Source of the DNA: a virus
IMG/VR virus record: IMGVR_UViG_3300025117_000038
Coordinates: 32,001-96,000 of that record
Strand: one strand, 5' to 3'
DNA: 64,000 nucleotides
The position numbers and the translations under genes were made by a program. Positions 28,312 through 39,800 of this stretch are shown piece after piece. The notes beneath the pieces were generated by a model. That model was not told the DNA's origin, made no database searches, and was given only the letters and a program-made list of their open reading frames with translations. The first letter of the stretch is position 1, and the number at the start of each line of letters is the position of its first letter.

Positions 28312-28773
28312 ATGAATAATAAGTGGATGGTGAGTTTGTCTGACGGTCAGACAATCGTTGAGACAAAACTTATCAACAACGGAAACAAGCTGAGTCCTTG
28401 GTTGCAATTATTGAATTACTTAAGGAAAAATAAGGACAAAAAAATCCTAAGTATTCAGGTGGTAATAAATGGGAAAATTTATAATACTCCACGACTGCAA
28501 CATAAAACTAATGCTAAGTTTGTTGATTCCGATAAACCAGATAGACTATGGTGTTCTAAAAAAGCATCACAGATATTTGTAGGGGGATGGACTTATTCAT
28601 CTTCTTACGGTTTATCTTATCGTTTTGGTGACTATCGACATTATTTGTGGATAGACGAAAAAACAAACGAAACTCATACCGAAATAGTTCCAATCAAGGG
28701 TCACAGAGAAGAAGTAATAGAAAAATTCTATGACGAGGTAGTTGGTAATGAGTGCGACATTTCAACTATATAG
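28312..28773 (+). CDS. hypothetical protein
   Basis: GGAGG SD; KWMVSLSDG N-terminus similar to 29272..29601. Confidence 0.65.
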   Translation: MNNKWMVSLSDGQTIVETKLINNGNKLSPWLQLLNYLRKNKDKKILSIQVVINGKIYNTPRLQHKTNAKFVDSDKPDRLWCSKKASQIFVGGWTYSSSYGLSYRFGDYRHYLWIDEKTNETHTEIVPIKGHREEVIEKFYDEVVGNECDISTI

Positions 28774-29251
28774 AGATTATGGTGAAAGTCTTCACTCTTC
28801 CAGTAATACCAACTGGGTTGTAAATTTACTTAATGTAGATAGTGTTAATTGTATTTCAACAAATTACCCAATAGCCAGACCCGATGATGGAACTATTAAA
28901 ACTTCATATGAAGCTTGGACATATTTTTATATGACCAAAGCTCCCCAGACGAGATGTGAGAACTTCAAATTCTGGGGTCCCTCAGATAATGTAGCCCAAG
29001 GAGTAACTCTTTGGTGTTCTGCAATTCCCCGCGCAAGCGGACAAACCCCATCATTAACATCTTTAATATGCGTAACTTCCGCAAGACCGCACAATACCCC
29101 AGGTACATCGGTACTTTTGAATGGAAATTGCAGTGGTGTTGGAAGTCCCTCTGGTTATTTGGTTTTACAACTTAGAGTAGATAGCTCTGCTAATATAGGT
29201 CAAATAACCGGGGACACTATGGTTATGCATATCTCGTATGACGAATCATAG
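28748..29251 (+). CDS. virion structural protein
   Basis: Beta-rich; SYEAW, ENFKFW, YLVLQLRV..SA, SYDE motifs; GAGG SD. Confidence 0.55.
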   Translation: MSATFQLYRDYGESLHSSSNTNWVVNLLNVDSVNCISTNYPIARPDDGTIKTSYEAWTYFYMTKAPQTRCENFKFWGPSDNVAQGVTLWCSAIPRASGQTPSLTSLICVTSARPHNTPGTSVLLNGNCSGVGSPSGYLVLQLRVDSSANIGQITGDTMVMHISYDES

Positions 29252-29271
29252 TCTCTCCACAAGGAGAGTAT

Positions 29272-29601
29272 ATGGGTCATAATTCAATCTATGAATGGAA
29301 AATTCTTAAAAAGGATGGTTCTATAGTTACATCTGATGGGAAAATTCTTTCTAATGTTAATCATTCTGAAATTGAATCGATTTTATTCTATCCTTTTACG
29401 TATAGATTCCCATCAATATATTATAAAACAGAAGGAAGAAAAATAATTCATTTTACCAGAGTTTTTTGTAATATTACCAATGGAGAGGTCGACAGGGTAC
29501 TTTACGTATTCGGAGTTGATGGTGATGATATTGATGTTATTGAGTATCCTTCTGGTAACTCATATAAGGTTAAAAGAATAGAGGATATAGACAATGTATA
29601 A
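29272..29601 (+). CDS. hypothetical protein
   Basis: AAGGAG SD; YEWKILKKDG. Confidence 0.65.
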   Translation: MGHNSIYEWKILKKDGSIVTSDGKILSNVNHSEIESILFYPFTYRFPSIYYKTEGRKIIHFTRVFCNITNGEVDRVLYVFGVDGDDIDVIEYPSGNSYKVKRIEDIDNV

Positions 29602-30217
29602 TATAGAAGAAATTAAAAATACAATAATTTGTGATGATTACAATAATGTGGTCGAGTCGATTCCAGATAATTGGGGACATTTGATTATCAGAGATTTTGA
29701 TGCTCCATTAATCTGTAACAGTAATTACAAAATTTTTGACTATTTAATTAACGAGATAAACAATATTGTAGTCAAATGGACGTCTAAACTTATTAATGGA
29801 TGTTTCTTTGTTTTTATTTTACCACAAGATTTTAGTGATGAAAATAAATATTGGAGTTATGTCTCAAATATTTCGGCTATATTTGATATGAATAATATTG
29901 TTTTACATGCTCATCAGAAAAATGCTCCAAACGGAAGACAAATTATAGTTGGAAGGAAAGGTAAAAAAACAAGAAAATATATATTTAGAGATGTAAATCT
30001 TTACGATGATACTACATATTATAAAGATGGATTGTTTTACCTACCTGTGGTAAAATTAGTTTGCGACATGACTGGTATTTCCGAAAATATTGTTGACCTT
30101 GGTTGTGGTGGGGGAACGATTTGCTTGGCAGCGAAGAAAGAGGGAAGAAATTTCATAGGGATAGATAATATAGCAGGAAACGTAAAAATATCGAGGAATA
30201 GGTTAAATGAGATATAA
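29594..30217 (+). CDS. beta-class N6/N4 DNA methyltransferase-like protein, catalytic motif degenerate
   Basis: IICDD..IPDN..LIIRDFDA (DPPY position) and IVDLGCGGGT..AAKKEGRNFIGID (SAM-binding motif). Confidence 0.7.
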   Translation: MYNIEEIKNTIICDDYNNVVESIPDNWGHLIIRDFDAPLICNSNYKIFDYLINEINNIVVKWTSKLINGCFFVFILPQDFSDENKYWSYVSNISAIFDMNNIVLHAHQKNAPNGRQIIVGRKGKKTRKYIFRDVNLYDDTTYYKDGLFYLPVVKLVCDMTGISENIVDLGCGGGTICLAAKKEGRNFIGIDNIAGNVKISRNRLNEI

Positions 30218-33200
30218 AATAGGGACATATAAAAGATGGGGTCATGCCGACTACTTTACCATTGGAGATAGTCTTTCTGGTGCTAATTACGGTGGATTGG
30301 GTCATAAATTTACCGGGAGAGGGAAAGAATTATACGGTATTTATTATGGGTATTACAATATAAACACAGCAAGTAAAACAACCAGTTATTTAAATTGGTG
30401 GTTAGCTTCTGTGACTGGGAGTGGAACCCCTGGTACAATCTTGGGGTCAAGTGGAGCTATTGCATTAGGAACGGAAGATGCTTGGAATTTTAGAGATATA
30501 CCGAATAGTGCTGGAACTGGTCATGTTACACTAAATAGTGGTGTAAATTATTGTGTTTATTGTACTCTTGGGGCTGGATGGGGAACTAAGTCTGCTCATT
30601 ATACAACATATTTTTGTAAACAACCTTTGGCAAATGGTATTATTCATGTGTCATCTGGGGAAAGTTGGATTGCTACTACTGACCCTAACTTTGATGGTAT
30701 TACAACTCCACCTTATTCACTGTCTCCTACATGGTCAGATAGAAATGCCATGTGGCCGATTATGTGTAGAAATACAGATGAATCCCTCTATGGTCACGGA
30801 TATTTAGATGAATACCAAGTAACTGAATCACAAGTTACGGATTATTTCCCAGTTTTTTATAATGATACCAATCGTAAGGTTGTCGGGGCTGGCTATTCTT
30901 ATTGGTATGGAGCCACTAACTTTACTAATGTGGGAGATTTAAGATTTAGAATTATTGAGGGACGAGATAATACCGACCCAACTGATATTGTTGGTACGTC
31001 ATTTACTATTAAACACTCCGCTTATTTTAATAATCTTTCTTCGGCATATGTTTCAACATCGTTAAGTGAAGCATCAATATACCCGGCTTCTGGTGGAATT
31101 TTGCTTGAAGCTGGTAAATGGTATACAGTGGGGTTCTATTCATGCAGTGCTTATCCAACAAGAATAGGGGGGACTGATGCCCATATTTATTCTCAACTTG
31201 CCACTACTTTAACTTATGATAGTGGAAATTCATATGTATACAAAAAATCAACTACCACAAGGAAAACTACTCATGATTTTCCTTATTATTTAGAAGTTGA
31301 AGATTATTATTCTTTAGCGTCTGTATACGGATATGTTTATTATTCCGATTATACAAAACCAATACAAAATGGACTAATAGATATATATTATAGTGGAGAA
31401 CTACAAATGACAACAACATCTGATGCGTCTGGGTATTATGAAGCCATTGCATCAACAGGTGGAATAACTCTTATCCCAAGGAAATATGATTTTGATTTCA
31501 ATCCACAATATTATAATATTAATTTACAAAACAAAACAGAACAATTAATTTATGCAAGTAGTCAATCTAAGTGGTGGAGCTATAGTAGTCCCACTGGGAA
31601 GGGTTCTTTATTTGCTTTTAGAGATTTAATATCCTTCACATCAAACCATGGAACAATTCCAAAGGGATACACCGTTAAAATAGAATTCCCCACTGGATAT
31701 CAGGAAAGATTTGCCACTTCTGCATATTTTAATGAATCTATTCAACACTCCATGGGACAAGGAATTATTTACTGTGATGGTAAGATACATGCATGTTATT
31801 TGGCTACTGGGGCAGGAGTAAGGGTCGCAACAAAAGACGAAACAACTAAAGAAATAACAGTTAATCGTATTTTTTCTAAGTCCGGCGTTGCTGTTTGGGA
31901 TACCCATTACTATCCTAATTTAGTATCTAATAAAAATAATTATATATATGTTGGTGTTGCTGGACATAATTCCGGTAAATTGGATTTGTTAAAAAGCGTT
32001 AATCCAAATGATTTATCTGTAATGGAGTCTTCTGTTGATTTACTTTTTACTGACAATAATGCGTATCCAAGATTTAGATGTGATAATAATAATTGGATTA
32101 ATTGTTTATTCAGATGGTATGTTGGTGGTGATGCTGGTCTAAAAATGGTAAGATTTAATGAAGATGTTTCTACGGTCATCCCAATGGGTTATGTCGCTTA
32201 TTATGATAATGCTGAGGCTGCGGGAAATGCATCTATTTACATATGTGGTTTTAAAATTGACAGCGATAATGTCATTCATTGCGCTTTTAATTATTTTGAT
32301 AATTATTTAATTAAAAATACCAGTCGTGCGATTGGGTATATGTATAGCCCACCAAACGTAAATGGAATTGCTACTCCTGGCTATTATTGGTTTAACGCGA
32401 AAGGACATACTTGTTCGATATCTACTGGTCATGGATATACTGACCTATCAAGTGTTTTGGGTTTCATGGATGATGGAGAAAACCCAGAGTACAATCCTTT
32501 TGTAATTTATTCTTGGGATAGTTCTCAAACCTATTACAATGCCAAAAAATATTATCACGGAAATACGGAATCCATGTTTATTCACCCCAATAAAAGAATA
32601 AACAATGGAATTCATAATATTCATATGCCGTATTTTACGTTTCATGCTTATCCTAATATAGATGCTGGTGGAAATGATATTAATAGAGAGGTAGAGGGAT
32701 TTTTGGCATATTATGACCCAGAAAGTGAATTTGCTCAAACCGGAGTTGTTGGTGAAGGATGGGTTGTTAGTACCGTAACACATACAGCAAAAAGTGTTAA
32801 TGGAACTGGCCAATTAGCATGGAAGGGTCGACATTGGGGGGGTATGGCTATTGACAATACCCCAGAAATACATATTTATGGGTTCATTAAACCTTCTGGA
32901 AAAAACTGGTTTGGTGGTGAGTTATGTGAATGGACTTCTGTTGATGATGGTGCAACATGGAAACATAAATTAATTACAAATAACTCTGGTTATGGAATTG
33001 GAATGTTGTCGGTAAAACCAGATTTTTCAAATGATTCTATAGAATTGGTGTATGGGCGCGGATATGATATTATGTATTATTCTGATGTAAAAAAATACGA
33101 CAGGATAAGAGAAGATGGCGAAGATATAAGGGTAGTTTATTCGGGTGCTTCATCCAATGCGATAGAATTGTCCAGATTAAACGATTTTATGGGAATGACA

Positions 33201-33323
33201 AATACTAATTTATATTTTACAATACAACACACAATACCAGCGAATACTCAATATGATACTGCTGGTAATTATTATATATACTACGGTAGATATGATACCA
33301 CAGATGCGAGTGGGCAATTTTAG
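30207..33323 (+). CDS. large appendage protein: prealbumin-like, DUF2341-like and BNR/Asp-box propeller domains
   Basis: TTSDASGYY, DTHYYP..YIYV..GH, YPRF, SVDDGATW, DGEDIRVV, YYIYYG. Confidence 0.65.
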   Translation: MRYKIGTYKRWGHADYFTIGDSLSGANYGGLGHKFTGRGKELYGIYYGYYNINTASKTTSYLNWWLASVTGSGTPGTILGSSGAIALGTEDAWNFRDIPNSAGTGHVTLNSGVNYCVYCTLGAGWGTKSAHYTTYFCKQPLANGIIHVSSGESWIATTDPNFDGITTPPYSLSPTWSDRNAMWPIMCRNTDESLYGHGYLDEYQVTESQVTDYFPVFYNDTNRKVVGAGYSYWYGATNFTNVGDLRFRIIEGRDNTDPTDIVGTSFTIKHSAYFNNLSSAYVSTSLSEASIYPASGGILLEAGKWYTVGFYSCSAYPTRIGGTDAHIYSQLATTLTYDSGNSYVYKKSTTTRKTTHDFPYYLEVEDYYSLASVYGYVYYSDYTKPIQNGLIDIYYSGELQMTTTSDASGYYEAIASTGGITLIPRKYDFDFNPQYYNINLQNKTEQLIYASSQSKWWSYSSPTGKGSLFAFRDLISFTSNHGTIPKGYTVKIEFPTGYQERFATSAYFNESIQHSMGQGIIYCDGKIHACYLATGAGVRVATKDETTKEITVNRIFSKSGVAVWDTHYYPNLVSNKNNYIYVGVAGHNSGKLDLLKSVNPNDLSVMESSVDLLFTDNNAYPRFRCDNNNWINCLFRWYVGGDAGLKMVRFNEDVSTVIPMGYVAYYDNAEAAGNASIYICGFKIDSDNVIHCAFNYFDNYLIKNTSRAIGYMYSPPNVNGIATPGYYWFNAKGHTCSISTGHGYTDLSSVLGFMDDGENPEYNPFVIYSWDSSQTYYNAKKYYHGNTESMFIHPNKRINNGIHNIHMPYFTFHAYPNIDAGGNDINREVEGFLAYYDPESEFAQTGVVGEGWVVSTVTHTAKSVNGTGQLAWKGRHWGGMAIDNTPEIHIYGFIKPSGKNWFGGELCEWTSVDDGATWKHKLITNNSGYGIGMLSVKPDFSNDSIELVYGRGYDIMYYSDVKKYDRIREDGEDIRVVYSGASSNAIELSRLNDFMGMTNTNLYFTIQHTIPANTQYDTAGNYYIYYGRYDTTDASGQF

Positions 33324-33331
33324 GAGGGAAT

Positions 33332-34018
33332 ATGGATATAGCATCATCAAACCCACATAATGCAATGGTTTTATTTGAAAGTTTTGAGGAGTATACTACA
33401 GGAAGTACTCCACAGTCATGGAGTGGTGTAAATAATTGGTATGGTGATGGCGACCAGTGCGATTTTTATATTGTTGATAGTATTGTTGACCATACCAATA
33501 AAATATTTTCAGGAGATAAAAGTGTTAGAAGCGTTGCTGGAAGTGCCGATTTAAAACATGATTTAAATTCAGTATCTGATGTTGCCGTAAGAGTAGGTAT
33601 ATGGAATGAAGGAGCCTCTAATGTATCTAAAACAGCTATATTAAAATTAGAAAATGATAATGGTAATTATATACATTTTGGTTTTAGATTACATCTTACA
33701 GAATCAACTGGATATAGATTCAAAAGTAACGCTACTGGAGGTTCATGGCTGGAAGTTGCAAGTGTTAATTCAAACTATAAACAGTATCATGAATTAACGA
33801 TTTATGTAAGTAGTACCAATGGAACAAGCATATGGACGGAAAGTGGTAATTTAATTTTTTCAAATATTGATTCAGAACAAATGACTATTGGATACGGGAA
33901 GATGGATTTACATACAATTACCAGTGTCGCTCTTAGTGATAGCGGCAGTAATGGTATTTTTGATTTTTTAAGAATTTATAAAACATTCTCAACACCCAAT
34001 CCATTTCAGGTAATATAG
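33332..34018 (+). CDS. ConA/lectin-like domain protein, apparent continuation of 30207..33323
   Basis: SNPHNAMVLFESFE start, YHELTI, FDFLRIYK end. Confidence 0.55.
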   Translation: MDIASSNPHNAMVLFESFEEYTTGSTPQSWSGVNNWYGDGDQCDFYIVDSIVDHTNKIFSGDKSVRSVAGSADLKHDLNSVSDVAVRVGIWNEGASNVSKTAILKLENDNGNYIHFGFRLHLTESTGYRFKSNATGGSWLEVASVNSNYKQYHELTIYVSSTNGTSIWTESGNLIFSNIDSEQMTIGYGKMDLHTITSVALSDSGSNGIFDFLRIYKTFSTPNPFQVI

Positions 34019-34019
34019 A

Positions 34020-36800
34020 ATGTCTGATTCTTTTGTTAATAAAATAGACAGAATAGGACTCAATAAAGGGTTTATTATCAAGACACAAATTCTTGGTAAT
34101 AGAGAAAAAACTTTTGTACTTAACACCACAATTGCGTCAGGGAAGAGTGATAAAAGATTTATTGTCTATAAAACAAAAGATATTTCAAATAATTATAGTA
34201 ATATAATATTCCTTTCGAGATATTTTTCAAGTACAACAAGAAATATTATCAATGTAACAAAAGATTTTATATATACCGATAAAGATATTATATTCTGGGG
34301 ACAGGAAAGATTAGATTCCTCGGTATTTTCTATATTTATTTCAAATGATATTTCAAATACAACAAGGTCTATTTCCCATCATGGTTATGATATATCGACA
34401 GATACAAGACAGTTGATTTATCATACCAAAAATATTGATTACTCGAATCGTGATTTAATTTTTAATACAAAAGATATATCGAGTATTACAAATGATATCA
34501 TTTATCATGGTTTTGATATTTATTCAGTAACGCGTAATGTTATATTTAATTCGTTTTATATTACCAATTCTTCAAAAGATATTATATTTTATGCCAAAGA
34601 TATATCAAACACAAATCGTTCTGTAATATTTTTATCATCAGACCATTGTGATGATAGTAGAAGTGTTTTATTCTTATCAAACGACCATATAAATACATCA
34701 AGACAAATTATTCATCATGGATTTGATGTTGAAAATACCACACGAAGTATTGTTAATTTAACAAAAGACTATGAATCAGCTAATCGTAATGTTATATCGT
34801 TAACTAACGATTTTATCAATACCAATAGAAATATAATTCACCATAGTTTTGATGTAGATTATAAAACTGCTGATATCATATTCGGCTGTTTCTATCGTAA
34901 TTCGGTTAATAGAAGCCTGATATTTAATGTAAAAGATATTTCGGAATCTATTAAATCTACTATATTCGCAACAAAAGACTATGTAATATCGACAAGAAAT
35001 GTGTCATTCTTGTCAAATGATATCGTTAACACAACCATAAATATTATCAATTTAACCAGTGATTACAAATCTTCGATATCTCAGGTAATATTTACATCAA
35101 ATTATCATTTGTCGACAACAAGAGATATTATATTTAAAACAAAAGATATCAAATCTTCTAATATAAATGTTATTTATCACACTAAAGACGATGTTAATTC
35201 ATCATGTTCAATTTCTTTTATATGTAGATATAATTATGGCACAACAAGACCGTTAATATTCTTGTCGAAAGATGTTTATAGCGAGACAAGAAGTATAATT
35301 TACCTATCTAACGATTACATTACATCAACTAAAAATGTAATTTATCTGTCTAATGATATTGAATCAAGGAATATTTCAATTATATCCAAGGTTCAGGACG
35401 TTGAATTATCTTCTCGAAACATAATCTTTATATGTAGATATACCTATGGTAATGCCAGTTCAATGGTATTTGCCACAAAAGACAAACTGTCATCACTTAA
35501 AAATATTGTGTACATATCAAATGATTATATATCAGATTCGCGTAGTATTATTTATAAGACAAAGGATGTTAGGTCTGGAATTAGTGATGTCATTTATCTT
35601 ACGAAGGACTACAAAAATACATCAAGAAATCTTATTTATAATTCAAAAAGTAGTGTTTTTTCGACAAGAAACATTGTCTATAAAACTGGCGATATTGAAT
35701 CACAAAGTGTTTCAGTTATATCTAAAGTTAAAGATATTGAATCGTCAACCAAAAATATAATATTTATATGTAGATATACAAGTAACGATAACCGTTCATT
35801 AATATTTCGTGCCAAGGATACATCATTATCACCAAGAAATATTGTTTATGTGTCAAATGACTATATTTCAAGTTCAAGTGATATTATTTATAGGACAAGC
35901 GATACTAAATATGAAACAGCAAATGTTATTTATACTACAAAAGATTATATAACGTCATCGATAGGTATTATATATAGTTCAATAAGTGGTGTTTCTGCGA
36001 CAAGGAATATTATTTATAGAACCTGCAATACAGACTACGAAACAATAGCCGTTATATATAAGTCATATGATTTACTTAATGCATCAAGGTTTATTATTTA
36101 TATCTCTTCATACGTTTATGGTGAATCAAGAGATATTATATTTAAATCACATGAGCCATTAACAACAACACGAAGTATCGTTTTTAATCAAAAAGACTTA
36201 AGTGGTGTTTCTCGAAGCATTATTTATATATCTGGATATACGGAATCTAATACTGTTGGAATTATTTTCAAAACAAAAGATTTCCAAGATTCAGATAGAA
36301 GTATTATTTATATCACAAGAGACATAAATAATGTTTCAAGAAATATTATTTTCACATCTGGAAGTCTATATAACACAACAAGATACACAATATTTAAGGG
36401 AATGGATTATATAAGCACAACAAGAGTGATTACATTCTTAGTTAAAGATTATCTATCAGAGACACTTGAAATTATTTTCAATACCTATGATTTATACAAT
36501 ACCGACAGACAATTTATTTTCATTACAGGTGATGTAAATTATTCTGATAGATATATCATATTCAATTGTGGTGGTACAGATGTACAAAGATATGTTATCT
36601 TTAAGTGTATTTACTATGGAGCCGGAGGTGGTGAAATAGTCGATTATACAACCGATACTCCGTATATAAGACCACATAAACAAATTAAGAAAATAATTGA
36701 ACATATAGACATACATAATACGATGGATACCTATCCATACGAACCGAAAGTTCCATCAATAACAAAACACATTAGAATAGAGGATTTGATAGATGAATAG
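34020..36800 (+). CDS. long fibre-like protein of 14-aa repeats
   Basis: About 59 tandem units, consensus RxIIFxxKDxxxxx. Confidence 0.75.
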   Translation: MSDSFVNKIDRIGLNKGFIIKTQILGNREKTFVLNTTIASGKSDKRFIVYKTKDISNNYSNIIFLSRYFSSTTRNIINVTKDFIYTDKDIIFWGQERLDSSVFSIFISNDISNTTRSISHHGYDISTDTRQLIYHTKNIDYSNRDLIFNTKDISSITNDIIYHGFDIYSVTRNVIFNSFYITNSSKDIIFYAKDISNTNRSVIFLSSDHCDDSRSVLFLSNDHINTSRQIIHHGFDVENTTRSIVNLTKDYESANRNVISLTNDFINTNRNIIHHSFDVDYKTADIIFGCFYRNSVNRSLIFNVKDISESIKSTIFATKDYVISTRNVSFLSNDIVNTTINIINLTSDYKSSISQVIFTSNYHLSTTRDIIFKTKDIKSSNINVIYHTKDDVNSSCSISFICRYNYGTTRPLIFLSKDVYSETRSIIYLSNDYITSTKNVIYLSNDIESRNISIISKVQDVELSSRNIIFICRYTYGNASSMVFATKDKLSSLKNIVYISNDYISDSRSIIYKTKDVRSGISDVIYLTKDYKNTSRNLIYNSKSSVFSTRNIVYKTGDIESQSVSVISKVKDIESSTKNIIFICRYTSNDNRSLIFRAKDTSLSPRNIVYVSNDYISSSSDIIYRTSDTKYETANVIYTTKDYITSSIGIIYSSISGVSATRNIIYRTCNTDYETIAVIYKSYDLLNASRFIIYISSYVYGESRDIIFKSHEPLTTTRSIVFNQKDLSGVSRSIIYISGYTESNTVGIIFKTKDFQDSDRSIIYITRDINNVSRNIIFTSGSLYNTTRYTIFKGMDYISTTRVITFLVKDYLSETLEIIFNTYDLYNTDRQFIFITGDVNYSDRYIIFNCGGTDVQRYVIFKCIYYGAGGGEIVDYTTDTPYIRPHKQIKKIIEHIDIHNTMDTYPYEPKVPSITKHIRIEDLIDE
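34155..36620 (+). repeat. 42-bp-period degenerate coding tandem repeat
   Basis: RNIINVTKDFIYTD / RSISHHGYDISTDT / RDLIFNTKDISSIT etc. Confidence 0.85.
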
Positions 36801-39800
36801 ATATATTTTTATAATTATAATGGTGATGGTTTTATCAACTACATCACATTCATACCCCACATTTACAAAATTTTACGAAAGACCAGACACAACCTATATA
36901 ACATCTTTGCCTTATACAATAAGCCAAAGTAATAGATGTTATGTTGTTGATGGAAGCCTAAGAAGCACCTCCCCTGGTGCTGCAATTACAATAAGTGGAG
37001 CATATAATATTTTACTTACCGGAAGTGACAGTGTTACTATCGATACTATATATGTTGGCATAGGAGCGTCCAATCAAGCATATGACAGTACCGACGGGAT
37101 AAGAATAATGACAAATGCAGATGGGATAACAATTAGATATTTAGCAGTTGTAAATGATGGTTGTTTGGGTGATACTAATAGTTATGCAGATACAGCATTC
37201 GCAACATCTGCGATTGATGCGACATCAAGTGATTCATTATTTATGACTAATTGTTATTTTGAATCAAATGGATGGAGTGCATTAATGAGGCATGACCCCG
37301 CATATCCGTTGGATAGTGCCAAATATTTAGCAAGATTTGGAATTATAGCTCCAACCATTGATTTGAATGGATGTTATAATGTTGTGATGGAAAGTTGTGT
37401 TGTTGATGGCAACCAAATGGGTATGGAGAGAAGAGATTATTATGAAATGTCGGCGATTTCTGTGGAGGTTACTCCATTAGCTAATTTTGGTATAGGGGAT
37501 TCATCTTTGTATATCACTAATTGCAGGGTATTTTCAAGAAATGTTGGTATTTCATATGGAAAATGGGGAAGCTATAGTTCATTATTGTCGGCTAAAGACT
37601 GTTATTTCGAAACCGATGAATTAAACGAAATTAGACCGCACTTTATGCATGATTCATCTAACATGTATTGTGGAAATGCAAACTCTTTTAATATAGTAAT
37701 GTACGGTTCCGCATCTGGATATATAAGAGGATGTACTCTTGTTTGTGGAGATAGTTTAGCTGGTGCAAATGGAGGAATTATGGCAGAGGGAAGTCCCACT
37801 GATGTGGGAAGCCTTGATAGTGCTTTAATAATAGAAGATTGTGTTATACGTTTAAACCATGGATATGATACACGTTATGGTACTGGAATTAATGCCAAGG
37901 CAATTAAATTCAGGCAACAAAATGTTGACAATTTATGGATTATAATGAGAAATAATAAAATATATGGGTATACAAGTTATACAAACGATACCGGTAATCC
38001 AACAGGATATGGTCCTATCGTTACAGCAGTATACGCAGATACCAGATTTACAAAAGGATATTTTTTATTTGAGAATAACCTAATAAGAGTAATGACATTA
38101 GATACTAATCTTTTTACGGTAGATGCTGCTTACGGAGAGGCTCGATGGCCGAGAGTCAGTGCCTATACTTTTGTGGGTGGTTCTACGTGGGGAGGTATTA
38201 CTTTTGAGTTTAAAAATAACAGAATAGAAACAAATGGTGCTTATGTTATTTTCGGTGCTTATGATGCTACCATGTCTGGGCTATCGGAAGCTCTTCAGGG
38301 AGATACTATTCAATTGTTAACCAATAGCGATACCGGAGAGGCAAGAGATATGTGGCCCGCTTTAGTAGCATTTTGGGATGAAAATACCGCTAATGCAAGC
38401 TATGATAATGTTGTTCTTGACGCTTATATTGTCCCCCCACACGACACTCTTTGGCACTCCGTTGTATTCAGGTCTGGAATTCCACAACCAATGGATGTAA
38501 CATTTAAGAAAACATTTATATTGACATGTATTGGACCCACTGGCGATTCTCTTGAAAATATCCAAGTCTATTGTATAGATGCACAGGGAGATACGGTTAT
38601 TGACGCATTGACCAACGCCAATGGTCAAGTAATAGATACGGTTAATACATATTATGACCAGGATAACAGAAGTCCGTTAGTAGATATAAATTATAATCCA
38701 TTCATATTTAAGGCAATTGGTTCTACCTCAGAGGTAACTATTAATCTTGATTTAGATACAAATTCAAATGTTAGTAATATAAATTTGAATTTTTCTGCAT
38801 ATTCAATCATGTATGAACATACATCAATTTATGAATATTTGATGACAGATAGTTATACTCCATATACAACTGGAATAAAAACAAGATTAGACAGTTTGGG
38901 TAATGCCCATAGCACAACACTAAGAATGTGGGATTATCGAACAAATACCGCATCGACATATTCTTGGGCTGGATGGAGAACCGCACGATTTGATAGTACA
39001 TCAAGTCATCAACATGGATGGATGAAACCACAGCCAAACAATGATTGTTATAATTTTTCTGGTAATAATATGTTTATTGAACATATTAATACATATTTTT
39101 GGAATATAGGGATGTCAAAAGACAGCATTAAGGGTGGATTTTTGCTTGTTGATACAGTTAAAGACGAGGTTGAGGATACTCTTATAGATATTACTGATTT
39201 TGATATGTTAATTTTTGGATTTGGCCCACCTATATGGTGTGGTGAAAATGACGGTGATGACCAAATGTCTGCGGCTAATATAGCCACAAAAAGAACAGAA
39301 GCATTCAAATGGAGAGATTCTGCGTTAAATTACCCTGATATCCAATTTGTATATGAACTGCCAAATCCTATTATGTATGGTACTACAGAAGGAAACAGAA
39401 TGAGCGAAACTGAAATAGAAAATCAGTTTTGGTTCAACACATTTTGGTTAGACACACTTGAGGATACTGCTAATTACCCTAATTTTCATACAATATCACT
39501 TTTTGATATTTTGGTTGAAAAAAGTCAAGATAGCACTAAATATGGTTTTATAAAAACTATATATGAAAATAATGCTTATCATCCAAATGCTGTTGCTGGT
39601 GATACCGCTAAAGAATATATGATTGATATGTGGTTACCAGAAATAATATTCACAGAAGGAGAAACTCCTTCTCCAACATACGACCAAACTTTAACAATTA
39701 TTGATACCAGTGAGACATTTTTTACTGTTCAAGATATTTATACTGGAACAGTAGATTCGTTAAAAATATTTTGGGATACCGATTCTGATGTATTCGATGG

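Noticed and set aside
28260-28320. c-di-GMP-II riboswitch-like start (GAACAAATGAAAT)
   Set aside because: The GGGCAC and GTGCAACC core elements are missing
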